In this document: one piece after another, positions 36,674-46,091 of the stretch
Numbering within the stretch: position 1 is the first letter of the stretch
Layout: each line of letters begins with the position of its first letter
Origin: an uncultured Chlamydiae bacterium
GTDB taxonomy: Bacteria; Chlamydiota; Chlamydiia; Chlamydiales; JAJFMA01
DNA length: 64,000 nt
Direction of reading: 5' to 3'
Assembly (NCBI GenBank): GCA_963713615.1
Contig: CAVQMM010000001.1
Span: 3,360,001-3,424,000, forward strand
Notes under the pieces: model-generated
Told to the model about the DNA's origin: nothing
The model's database searches: none
The model's input: the letters and a program-made list of their open reading frames with translations, nothing else
Position numbers and translations under genes: made by a program

Positions 36674-37690
36674 ATGCTAGAAAAACAACCCCTTTCAGAT
36701 CAACTCATTATTAATTGCCTAAATATCAATTACGGCATTAACGTTGCTACGCTTACGTTTCTCCCTCTTGGTGCGGATATGAATGCGTCAGTATATAAAG
36801 CTCAAACGTATGACCAGAGATCTTATTTCGTAAAGTTAAAACGTGGCCATCATCATGATATCAGCATTGTGATAGTGGAGCTATTACATGATGCCGGAAT
36901 TCAACAGATTATTCCGCCCATTAAAACATCTCTCTGGTCAATCAACCCAGCGTATCGAAGATTTTACCCTTATTGTGTACCCATTTGTCAAGGGACAGGA
37001 CGGATTTAGCTGTAATCTAACGGATAATCAATGGTTTAACCTTGGTAAAGCGTTGAGGCAAGTTCACGAAATTGATGTCCCCCCATCAATCCAAAATCAA
37101 CTCCGAAGGGAAGTCTATTCACCTAAATGGCGAGAGGCTGTCCGGTCGCTCTATGTTCATATTGAAGCTGAACCTATCGGTGATGAGATTGCCTTAAAAT
37201 TATTGAAGTTTATGAAAGAGAATATGCCAACAATTCGACGACTAGTAGATCGCGCTGAACAGCTCGGCCAAAAGCTGCAGGACCAATCGCACTAAATTCG
37301 TGCTTGTGCCATTCCGACATTCATGGCGGTAATGTATTGATAGATGGAAATGACACTATCTACATAGTGGATTGGGATGATCCTATTATGGCACCAAAGG
37401 AACGCGACCTCATGTTTATTGGCGGAGGTGTTGCAAATGTTTGGAATAAGCTGCATGAGGAAAAGTCTTTTTATAGAGGCTACGGAAGGACTGAAATTAA
37501 TTCGACAATCCTGGCCTATTACCGGCATGAACGAATCGTGGAAGATATTGCTATCTACGGTCATGAGTTGCTTTTGACGATGGCTGGGGGCAAAGACAGA
37601 GCAGAGATGTACAAGCAGTTTATAGGCATGTTTGAACCTCGTGGTGTAGTAGATATAGCATTCGCAACTGACAAAGGCCTAACCATATAG
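36674..37690 (+). pseudogene. Frameshifted aminoglycoside phosphotransferase, APH(9)-Ia (spectinomycin)-like
   Basis: Three ORF pieces: GADMNA/YFVKLK; LGKALRQVHE/YSPKWRE; CHSDIHGGNVLI, IVDWD, APKERDLMFIGGG, YYRHERIVEDIA. Breaks near 36930 and 37290-37303. Confidence 0.88.
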
Positions 37691-37732
37691 AGACCCTCAG
37701 GAAAGGACGAAAAAGACCTTAAGCTGCTCCCT

Positions 37733-37815
37733 GTGGCGCAGTCATTCCATGACATGGAATGACTGCGCCACATAGGAAATTGCGCCAGCCAACCTTTTGA
37801 GTTACTTGGAAGTGC
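37733..37815. repeat. Family C collapsed doublet, copy 4, plus flank
   Basis: GTGGCGCAGTCATTCCATG-A-CATGGAATGACTGCGCCAC; flank inverse to 39509-39550. Confidence 0.9.
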
Positions 37816-37935
37816 GACAGCTTTGGGTTCCTTACAATAGCTGTGAATAGCATAATTAGCCCCATCTTAACCAATTATTAACATTCATTTGATATCATTT
37901 CTCCATTCGAATTGAAAAAAGGGGAGGCGATTATA

Positions 37936-39441
37936 ATGATAAATATTCATTTAACAGATAAAATTGAATCAATTTTAGTGTCAGCACGAGACACATGTAA
38001 AAACGACAATATAGCATCTCAATTTAAGGGACGAACGCTATTGGCTATCGCCACTCCTATTGGAACTACACTGAGAGCCTCTGCAATTTATAAGGAAACT
38101 GCATGGGAATGTTTCGATAAAATCTTTCACTCACAGGATGCTATAAATAATTCTTGGCTTAATATCAGTAAAAAGACTTTTCAGGCTACCCTTCTGGTCA
38201 TCAGTTCCATTTTTCTTCTGCCAATCAGTTTTTTTGCCCCCAATAAAGTGAGTCATTTCATAGAATTCTACAATGTCATATCGAGAGAAACCCCTCCTAC
38301 CTATCTAAAAAGGCTCTCTCAAATATGTCAAACCAACCTAAACAGTCTCTCTAAAGTATGGCCAAAAATTCGACCCACTCCGAAAACAGCAGGCATCATA
38401 GGTGGATTGGCTTTAACAATACTTTCAATCGGTGCGGTTGCTTGGTATCGATCACAACAAACTTTGGAACGACAATTTACAATGGGAACTACGTACATTA
38501 AAGGTAACCCGTTGCGAGATTCCCTATCCGAAATGGTCGCAGGAAATCACGAGGAATACGCCCAAAGGTGGGGCATGAATCACGAATTGGAAACCACCAA
38601 TCTATTAAAGAATGCCTGTTCAAAAAATGCATTTAGCAGTGAACAGATCGATTGTGAGCCCTATTGGAACAAAGTAGCCATTCTGCGAAGGTGGTTGCAT
38701 AATCCAGAAAAAGATAGTCGCGAGCAATGGTATATTATGGCAGACGATGACATGCCTGTGACCAATATGAATGTCAATCCAAGCACAGCCATTGATGCAC
38801 TCAGAGGACTCACAGATAGCAGTATCATTATCGCAAAGGATGTGATGAATTGGCACAGCAACGCAGACACAGCTGTGAACACCGGTTTGATGATTGTACG
38901 CAAGGACGACACCTCGAAAACGTTTTTTGACAACCTTTGGGAACGAAGAAATTCCTATGTTGGCCTGCATAATTGCCCAACTCTAGGAGTCTGCAAAGAA
39001 CAGAAATCACTTCACGAACAGAATGCCTTTGCCGATTTATTAGATGAAAATCCATCCCTAATGAATGGTGCTATCTCAGTCGTCGAACCTCGCAATAGCA
39101 ATCACAGCCCACACCTATTAGCCTCCCTACTGGGTAAAGTCATTCGACTCCTTAATTCCGATTCGAGCGCAAGCCTACTAGCTAAGTTAGGAGGCAGAGC
39201 AAAAATAGCCCTTAACACATTCCATCGAAATGGATGCTTTATACGGCAAGAACCAGACTGGGAAAACCGTGTTCACTACAACGATTCTCACGAGGGCACA
39301 TGGCGTAAAGGGGATTGGATGGGACAAACTGCTGGCGTTCCCGTATGGGGCTGGTGGTGTGGAGATAAAGATAGTAAGCCCCCTGGCCATATCAGAAAGG
39401 ACATGCTGCAACACCTGTTCGACAACACTATCCGTGCCTGA
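37936..39441 (+). CDS. GT34 (GMA12/MNN10-like) glycosyltransferase with N-terminal extension and TM anchor
   Basis: YAQRWG, PYWNKVAIL, WYIMADDD (DxD), NTGLMIVR, HEQNAF; TM IIGGLALTILSIGAVAWY. Confidence 0.75.
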   Translation: MINIHLTDKIESILVSARDTCKNDNIASQFKGRTLLAIATPIGTTLRASAIYKETAWECFDKIFHSQDAINNSWLNISKKTFQATLLVISSIFLLPISFFAPNKVSHFIEFYNVISRETPPTYLKRLSQICQTNLNSLSKVWPKIRPTPKTAGIIGGLALTILSIGAVAWYRSQQTLERQFTMGTTYIKGNPLRDSLSEMVAGNHEEYAQRWGMNHELETTNLLKNACSKNAFSSEQIDCEPYWNKVAILRRWLHNPEKDSREQWYIMADDDMPVTNMNVNPSTAIDALRGLTDSSIIIAKDVMNWHSNADTAVNTGLMIVRKDDTSKTFFDNLWERRNSYVGLHNCPTLGVCKEQKSLHEQNAFADLLDENPSLMNGAISVVEPRNSNHSPHLLASLLGKVIRLLNSDSSASLLAKLGGRAKIALNTFHRNGCFIRQEPDWENRVHYNDSHEGTWRKGDWMGQTAGVPVWGWWCGDKDSKPPGHIRKDMLQHLFDNTIRA

Positions 39442-39488
39442 AGAAAAGCTCGTGAGATTTCTATTCCTGGATCAGCAGGTGCGACAAA

Positions 39489-39703
39489 ACCGCGCGCGGT
39501 TAGATTTGGCGCTTCCAAGTAACTCAAAGTTGGCTGGCGCAATCTCCTATGTGGCGCAGTCATTCCATGCCATTCCATGACTGCGAGAATGGTTGAAACA
39601 GATTCCGTTTGCATCACATGGGACGTTTGTTTTGCGCACCACCACAATTGCAATGGATTGTTCGCAGTCATTCCATGCATGGAATGACTGCGCCACATAG
39701 GAG
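39489..39703. repeat. Family F half plus family C doublet copy 5
   Basis: CGCGCGGTTAGATTTGGCGC then inverted REP pair 39551-39696 with local CATTCCATG duplications. Confidence 0.9.
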
Positions 39704-39751
39704 CTTTCCATGACAATCTGGCCGCGCGTATATAGGTCCGGTTCACCATTT

Positions 39752-40516
39752 TTATTGCCAGCGAGCTTCACGCTTTTCGGTAAAGGCGCGAATGCCTTCT
39801 TCAGCTTCATGGGTGCCCCTAGCCTGCATGTGAAAGGCCAATGCGCGGTCGATATCATGTTCGAGCCGTACAGGATCGAGTTCCTGAAGTAGTGTTTTGG
39901 AAAGATTCGTGGCCATTGGAGCTCCCTTGAGAACGCTATTGGCAAGGTTATTAGCTTCATCATAGAGCTTATCATCGTCCACTGCACGGTTGATCAGCCC
40001 GATCTGTTCTGCGCGTTCCGCCGTGACCAGCTCTCCTGTTAGCAGCAATTCGCGGACGTAACGATCGCTAACTTGCCGCTTTAGTAGTGTCATGACCAGC
40101 GCCGCGACAAGTCCTCGTCGAGTTTCCGGATATCCAATTTTGGCGGTTTTAGCTGCAACGACGAGGTCACAAGCAGAAATAAAACCCGCTCCGCCTGCTA
40201 TGGCCGCTCCCTGAACTGCTGCGATAGTAACGCAAGGGCAGAAATAAAGGGTTTTTAATGTCTCTGCCATGTTGTGGGCGAGCATATGAGATGGGCCTTC
40301 CTCCGCGGCTTCCTTAAGGTCGAGGCCTGCACAAAATACCGGTCCTGCACCTTTGATGATCACAACGCGTCGCCCAGGCTGCTGACTGATGGCATGGAGT
40401 CCCTGTTCGATATCCTTCAGCAAGGCGTTGTTTAGAGCATTGCGGGCTTCGGGACGATTCAGCTCTAGGATGCTAATTCCATCTGGAGCGTGAGATACAT
40501 TGACTAAGTTTGCCAT
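39752..40516 (-). CDS. Enoyl-CoA hydratase/isomerase (methylglutaconyl-CoA hydratase-like)
   Basis: LNRPEARNALN, FCAGLDL, GAAIAGGAG, PETRRGL. Confidence 0.9.
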   Translation of the reverse strand: MANLVNVSHAPDGISILELNRPEARNALNNALLKDIEQGLHAISQQPGRRVVIIKGAGPVFCAGLDLKEAAEEGPSHMLAHNMAETLKTLYFCPCVTIAAVQGAAIAGGAGFISACDLVVAAKTAKIGYPETRRGLVAALVMTLLKRQVSDRYVRELLLTGELVTAERAEQIGLINRAVDDDKLYDEANNLANSVLKGAPMATNLSKTLLQELDPVRLEHDIDRALAFHMQARGTHEAEEGIRAFTEKREARWQ

Positions 40517-40881
40517 GCTTTTTCTCCTGAATGGGGTCGGCTGTAGGCCAATTGATTCTGAGGGATTGTCAACGACAGTTCCAAAATAGCTTGTCCAAGT
40601 GCTTTACCTTGGGCATCGAGGCGAAGGGAGCGACTGCCACCGCCAGCGAGGGCTCCTTCCAACACAAAGTTCAAGGCCCATAGATTGTCCATTTCGTAGC
40701 GAATAACCTTGGAGGGTTCTAAGGGTTTAAAATAACGTTCTACCATTTCTGCGGTCAACCGTAACTTTAAGACATCGTAGCCGACTTGCGTGTATGCGAT
40801 GACCCCAATATTTGCTGAATTACCTTTATCGCCACTACGAGCATAGGCGATGTCTCCTAGTCGCACACGTGTTGTCGTCAT
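40504..40881 (-). CDS. Stand-alone AtuA C-terminal-like domain protein
   Basis: AYARSGDKGNSANIGV, LNFVLEGALAGGG..SLRLDAQGK. Confidence 0.85.
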   Translation of the reverse strand: MTTTRVRLGDIAYARSGDKGNSANIGVIAYTQVGYDVLKLRLTAEMVERYFKPLEPSKVIRYEMDNLWALNFVLEGALAGGGSRSLRLDAQGKALGQAILELSLTIPQNQLAYSRPHSGEKAWQT

Positions 40882-42233
40882 GCAACCTCCAAAATCTCAA
40901 TCGTCGGTTTAACTTGCGTTGTGTCAATTAGGCAGGGCCAGTAACCGAATACAGGTCGAATATGTGGGCGGCCAGTGGCGTATCCTGTGACACCAGCCGG
41001 TCCACTGGTGACAAGAGGGGCAATTTCCTTGGTAAAGGCTTCTACTGCTTCATGCCTGGGGTCGGCCACAGCAATGCGGAGCACGACTTCTAGGAGGTTT
41101 GTATGCTCCGGAAGGATGTCTGGAACGGAGTCGCCGGCGCCCAGGCATTCGATCTGTGTGCGGGCGAGGTCATATCCAGCGAGTCGTACTCGCTCTAACA
41201 CGACTTCACCACAGGCTCGACCTTTTTGAGGAGCGTCCTTACCTACGATTGTTAGCATTGCTTCAGAACGATAGCCATCGCGGTAGCTCGCACTGACTTT
41301 GTAGGTAGGAGGCGGGGCAGTGCCGGTGGCTCCTGCCACCCGAACGCGGTTAGCTCCGAGCTGTTCTAGGTGTAATGTCAGAAAGGATACTGTAGCATCT
41401 GGGCTCAGATATCTGCCTGGATCCCCAATTTCGTATACTAGTTGCTCTTTGACGATTTCCAGGGTGACGGCTCCACCAGTCTTCGCTGGCTTGGTGATGA
41501 CACTATTGCCGTCTTCATCGATCTCTGCGACGGGATAACCTATTCGTGCCAGGTCGTGCAGCTCAAGCCACCGGTTGGCTATGCCGCCTGTTACCTGTGT
41601 ACCGCATTCGATGAGATGCCCTGCTACTGTCGCACCAGCCAGTCTATTGAAGTCGTTCCAATCCCAACCGAAATAATGCGCACATGCGGCTACAGTTAGG
41701 CTAGGATCTGCAACGCGGCCAGTGATGACGATATTAGCTCCTTGCTCAAGGGCTTGTGTGATGGGCTTTGCACCTAAATAGGCATTGGCTGTTACCAATT
41801 CCTTTAGGATACTTTGAAGCTCTTTTTTTGTTTCGAGGTTTTGAAATAGTGAATGACTTGGCGTTGCCTTCAGTAGATCCAGGACATTGTCGCCACCGAC
41901 TACACCGATTTTCATGCCGGGAAGTTCCTTGAGCACTTCACGGCATGCTTCTGCGCAGGCATGTGGATTTAATCCTCCTGCATTGCAGATGATTTTTGTC
42001 TTGTGGCCGGCTTTCCAGAGGGGGATGAGAGAGCGCACGACATCGATAAAATCTTTTGCATAACCTTGTGTGGGGTCTCGATCTCGCTGAATCGCCATAA
42101 TGGACAGAGACACTTCCGCAAGGTAGTCCAGGGTGAGATAGTCCAGATCGGGCTGTTGTTGAAGCAGATGCAGGGGGGCATCGGGCTGATCGCCCCAAAA
42201 TGCTTGTGCATTGCCTACCTTGACTGTTTTCAT
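40878..42233 (-). CDS. AtuA-family (DUF1446) protein, N-terminal part
   Basis: AFWGD, LDYLAEVS, NAGGLNP, NAYLGA, ITGRVAD, GHLIECGTQVTGG, EQLVYEI. Confidence 0.9.
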   Translation of the reverse strand: MKTVKVGNAQAFWGDQPDAPLHLLQQQPDLDYLTLDYLAEVSLSIMAIQRDRDPTQGYAKDFIDVVRSLIPLWKAGHKTKIICNAGGLNPHACAEACREVLKELPGMKIGVVGGDNVLDLLKATPSHSLFQNLETKKELQSILKELVTANAYLGAKPITQALEQGANIVITGRVADPSLTVAACAHYFGWDWNDFNRLAGATVAGHLIECGTQVTGGIANRWLELHDLARIGYPVAEIDEDGNSVITKPAKTGGAVTLEIVKEQLVYEIGDPGRYLSPDATVSFLTLHLEQLGANRVRVAGATGTAPPPTYKVSASYRDGYRSEAMLTIVGKDAPQKGRACGEVVLERVRLAGYDLARTQIECLGAGDSVPDILPEHTNLLEVVLRIAVADPRHEAVEAFTKEIAPLVTSGPAGVTGYATGRPHIRPVFGYWPCLIDTTQVKPTIEILEVA

Positions 42234-42252
42234 TTAGGACTCCTAACACCCT

Positions 42253-43869
42253 CTAAGTTTGTAATACTCCAGTATGGAATTGGACATTTTCCTTGGGTTT
42301 CACCAGTCCTAGTAAGAAGGTAAGTACCTCTCGGGTGGTGTGCGGAGCGATGATCCCATCAACCCAGCCTCGTGCTGCTCCATAGCGGATATCCATATGT
42401 TCGTGGTACTTGGCTACGATCTTTTCGCGTAGTGCTCGCACTTCATCGGGATTAAGTTTGCAGCCACGTCGTTCCGCGGCTCGTTGTTGCACAGACAATA
42501 ATGTATTTGCTGCCTGCTCGGCACCCATCACAGTGTATTTGGCATTGGGCCATGCGAGAATGAAATTTGGGTCGTAGGCTTTGCCGCACAACGCATAGTT
42601 ACCTGCGCCGAAGGAGTTGCCGACGATGATCGTGATCTTTGGTACTACCGAGTTGCTCACCGCATTGACAAGCTTGGCACCGCTGCGGATGATACCCGAC
42701 TGCTCAGCTTCCTTGCCGACCATGAAGCCCATGACATCTTGAATGAAGATAATGGGTAGACGTGTTTGATTGCAGTCCTCAACAAACCGCGCAGCCTTAT
42801 CAGCACTTTTAGTGTAGATCACGCCACCAATTTCTACGCGGCCGGCATGGGTGCTGGTGCGCATGCGCTGGTTAGCTACTATGCCTACTGGATAACCATT
42901 GATGCGAGCATACCCGGTAACAATGGCCATAGCATAGTCAGCTTTATATTCCAGGAAGGTTTCTTTATCGACAATGGCATCTAGAAGATCATGGACATCG
43001 TATTCCTTGGTTCCATCACCACTGATGATTTGATAGACGCTGCTGGCCTCTTGGAGGGCAGATGTTCCCTCACGCACTACCTTGGATGGCATGGGAAGCA
43101 TATCGACGAGCATTCGCAGATGCTTAAGGCAACTTGCATCATCAGGTTCATAAAAATCCACCGTGCCGCTGACCTCGGCATGCATCTTGGCGCCTCCGAG
43201 TTCCTCAGCATTGGCGATTTGTCCTATTGCTGCTTTGACGAGTGCTGGCCCTGCTAGGTAGAGGCCGCTGCCTTCGGTCATGAGTAGCTTGTCGCACAGG
43301 ACTGGTAAGTAGCCCCCGCCAGCAATGCAACTGCCCATCACGGCAGCGTATTGCGGTATTCCAGCGGCTGAAAGAACGGCATTATTTCTAAAAATGCGCC
43401 CAAAGTCATCTTCATCGGGAAAGATCTCATCCTGTAGCGGTAGAAAAACACCTGATGAATCGACAAGATATAGAATGGGTGTTCGGCATTCGTAGGCTAT
43501 GCGTTGCGCTCTGAGAACCTTTTTGACGGATTGCGGAAAGAAGGCGCCAGCTTTTACCGTGGCATCATTGGCGATGATCATGCATTGACGGTCATGAATT
43601 GTTCCGATGCCAGCGATGACGCCTGCTGCGGGGACGTCACCCCATTCTTCATACATTTTGAACCCTTCCCAGAGACCTATCTCAAAGAAATAGGACCCTG
43701 GATCAAGCAGAGCACTAACACGTTCTCGGGCCAACATACGGCCTAATTTGCGTTGACGTGCCACGCCCTCTTCACCACCACCTTGGCGTAGAATATCCTC
43801 TTGCTTAGCAAATTGACGTGATAACGCCTCAAGCGAAAGCGAAGGTATTGTGGTGGTTGATTGGGTCAT
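42253..43869 (-). CDS. Acyl-CoA carboxylase carboxyltransferase (beta) subunit, MccB/LiuB/AtuC-like
   Basis: ANDATVKAGAFF, LVDSSGVFLPLQ, GPALVKAA, GFMVGKEAE, SFGAGNYA; ATGA overlap with the upstream gene. Confidence 0.93.
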   Translation of the reverse strand: MTQSTTTIPSLSLEALSRQFAKQEDILRQGGGEEGVARQRKLGRMLARERVSALLDPGSYFFEIGLWEGFKMYEEWGDVPAAGVIAGIGTIHDRQCMIIANDATVKAGAFFPQSVKKVLRAQRIAYECRTPILYLVDSSGVFLPLQDEIFPDEDDFGRIFRNNAVLSAAGIPQYAAVMGSCIAGGGYLPVLCDKLLMTEGSGLYLAGPALVKAAIGQIANAEELGGAKMHAEVSGTVDFYEPDDASCLKHLRMLVDMLPMPSKVVREGTSALQEASSVYQIISGDGTKEYDVHDLLDAIVDKETFLEYKADYAMAIVTGYARINGYPVGIVANQRMRTSTHAGRVEIGGVIYTKSADKAARFVEDCNQTRLPIIFIQDVMGFMVGKEAEQSGIIRSGAKLVNAVSNSVVPKITIIVGNSFGAGNYALCGKAYDPNFILAWPNAKYTVMGAEQAANTLLSVQQRAAERRGCKLNPDEVRALREKIVAKYHEHMDIRYGAARGWVDGIIAPHTTREVLTFLLGLVKPKENVQFHTGVLQT

Positions 43870-45629
43870 ATTTGCTTCCAACCTGTGAGTTTGTCTGAGA
43901 GGTCTTCGATGGGCTTGTCATAGTTATGGAAGAGGGTAGCTAAGGCATTTTCAATGTTGTCCAATGCGTATTGACAGTACAGCTTGCCACTCGCCAGATC
44001 CAGCAGAAGCTGCTCACTTGGATTGGAGTGAAGGCTTAAAGTGGTATCCAGCTTGCTGATCACCGCTATACTGGTATATAGGGCGATTGCCATATTTGCA
44101 ATGCGATCGAGAACGAGTTGTTGTTCAACAATGTCCTCTTTGAATTTGGCCAGCACGCGAGCGTTAGCGATGGCAAAGCGGCGGATGGCGCGGCCCACCA
44201 GGTGTGCTTCAGGAACAAGATATTCGGTTTTTACTGGAATGATCGGAGCGCGCAGGTAGCTGGTGCCCTGTTTACCGAAGTTTTTGAGGATGCCGAATTG
44301 CGAAATAGGATGCATAAGGGCATTGCCGACGTTCTGGAACTGTATTCCAACGTCACGTAGGCCTACGATCGCTATGAAGGCGCGGAGGACCTCGTTGCTG
44401 CCTTCGCCTATCATGTTCAGGCGGGCATCGCGCATCATGCGCTCCATGGGCTCTTCAGTGAAAAATGACCTTCCACCATAGATTTGCATCGTATCGTAGA
44501 TAATCTGCCAAAGGGCTTCGCTAGTAAAGACTTTGAGGATTGCTGATTCCAGCATAAATTCTTCCATGCCACGGTCTACTAGGCCTGCCGTCAACTCCGT
44601 TGTTGCCTCCATGGCATAGGTAAGCGCTGACATCAGCGCTATCTTCTTTTTCACTAGAGGGAACGAGGCTAAAGGTCGTTTGAACTGGTAACGCGAACGT
44701 ACGTGGCTGATGGCTTTATCGACCAGCAGGCGTGCAGGACCTGAGCATGTTGCACCAAAGGTCGTACGCCCATAGTCAAGCACTGTTAAACAGAGTTTTA
44801 GGCCTGCTCCTTTGGTGCCTAAGATGTTCTCTGCAGGGACTTCCACGTCATCGAAGATGAGATTGGCCGTTGTGCTGCCCCGCATGCCAACTTTTTCCAG
44901 AGCGCGATCTTTGATCTTAAATCCAGGCATATCGGGCGTTACCAAAAAGGCCGTAATCTTATCCTGGGGGCCTTTGGGGGTCTGGACCACTGTTTGTGCC
45001 ATTACAGTAAGAACACCAGCCAAACTGCCGTTGGTGGTCCATTGTTTTTCGCCCTTTAATCGGTAGACGTTTTTTTCAGGGATATAGGTTGCACGTGTTT
45101 CGACACCGCTGGCATCGGACCCGGCATTTGGCTCAGTGAGTGAAAAGGCTGCCAAGATATCTCCTTTGGCTAGGGAGGGCAACCAACGTCTTTTTTGTTC
45201 TTCGGTACCAAACAGAACTAATGCCTTAAGGCCAATGCTATGATGCGCATTTACAAATAGAGCGGTGGAACCGCAGCATTTTGCCAGGGCCGCCATGCCT
45301 CTGCAATAGGCCGTTTGTGAATAACCCCTTCCACCATACTCCTTGGGGATGGTTGCACCTAATAGTCCTATGTTACCGAGCTCCTTGATAACTTCGGAGG
45401 GAATGTGAGCCTCACGGTCGATGGCTCTTGCGTCGAGGCTTTCATTCGTAAACGCTTCCACGCGCTCTACCAGGGCATCGCCTTCTGCCTGGTCCTTTGC
45501 TGATGCTACAGGAAAGGGCAACACAGAAGGCGCATGGAAGCCTCCAAAATATAACAACTTCGCAAAACTGAGTTTCTTCTCACCTGAAAAAAGAAGTTCT
45601 TCCAGTAATTTTTTTTGTACGTCATCCAT
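43866..45629 (-). CDS. Acyl-CoA dehydrogenase (long type with C-terminal extension)
   Basis: FSLTEPNAGSDA, GEKQWTTNG, EKVGMRGS, RYQFKRPL, ERMMRDAR, IGEGSNEV. Confidence 0.93.
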   Translation of the reverse strand: MDDVQKKLLEELLFSGEKKLSFAKLLYFGGFHAPSVLPFPVASAKDQAEGDALVERVEAFTNESLDARAIDREAHIPSEVIKELGNIGLLGATIPKEYGGRGYSQTAYCRGMAALAKCCGSTALFVNAHHSIGLKALVLFGTEEQKRRWLPSLAKGDILAAFSLTEPNAGSDASGVETRATYIPEKNVYRLKGEKQWTTNGSLAGVLTVMAQTVVQTPKGPQDKITAFLVTPDMPGFKIKDRALEKVGMRGSTTANLIFDDVEVPAENILGTKGAGLKLCLTVLDYGRTTFGATCSGPARLLVDKAISHVRSRYQFKRPLASFPLVKKKIALMSALTYAMEATTELTAGLVDRGMEEFMLESAILKVFTSEALWQIIYDTMQIYGGRSFFTEEPMERMMRDARLNMIGEGSNEVLRAFIAIVGLRDVGIQFQNVGNALMHPISQFGILKNFGKQGTSYLRAPIIPVKTEYLVPEAHLVGRAIRRFAIANARVLAKFKEDIVEQQLVLDRIANMAIALYTSIAVISKLDTTLSLHSNPSEQLLLDLASGKLYCQYALDNIENALATLFHNYDKPIEDLSDKLTGWKQI

Positions 45630-45705
45630 CGCGTTGTCTACCTATATGTATTGCTAAGTGTAGGTTAAACCACAGCCAGCGCGGATGCAAACAAATATCT
45701 TGTTA

Positions 45706-46044
45706 GCCACAGATCCGGAAGGATTAGGGATTTTTAGGAGTAACACGGATGCACACGGATCTAGGAGGATTTAGGAGGATAGGATGGCAGCTACGGCCTA
45801 TCCATCACAAAATCTAAGAGCAACAACGGCTTTAGGAGGATTAGGATTTTAGAATTGTTGAAATCCATTCCCAATTTTTCTTACTTCTAATCCAAATCCT
45901 AAATCCTCCTAAATCCGTGTGTATCCGTGTTATTCCTAGAGCTTGTGATGAAAAGACCATGGCTACCATCCTATCCTCCTAAATCCTCCTAGATCCGTGT
46001 GCATCCGTGTTACTCCTAATCCTAAATCCTACAGATGCGTGTTA
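45706..46044. repeat. Family D long hairpin built from ACACGGAT/TAGGAGGAT units
   Basis: ~45734-45791 is nearly the exact reverse complement of ~45962-46019; inner arms imperfect. Confidence 0.88.
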
Positions 46045-46091
46045 AATTATTGTGACCGAATATGCTATAATTCTTATTACAGAGGAAGGTT

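Noticed and set aside
31045..39703. Family C repeats as a CRISPR array or integron attC sites
   Set aside because: Spacing is irregular and up to kilobases, units occur as inverted doublets, there are no cas or tyrosine integrase genes, and no RYYYAAC/GTTRRRY ends
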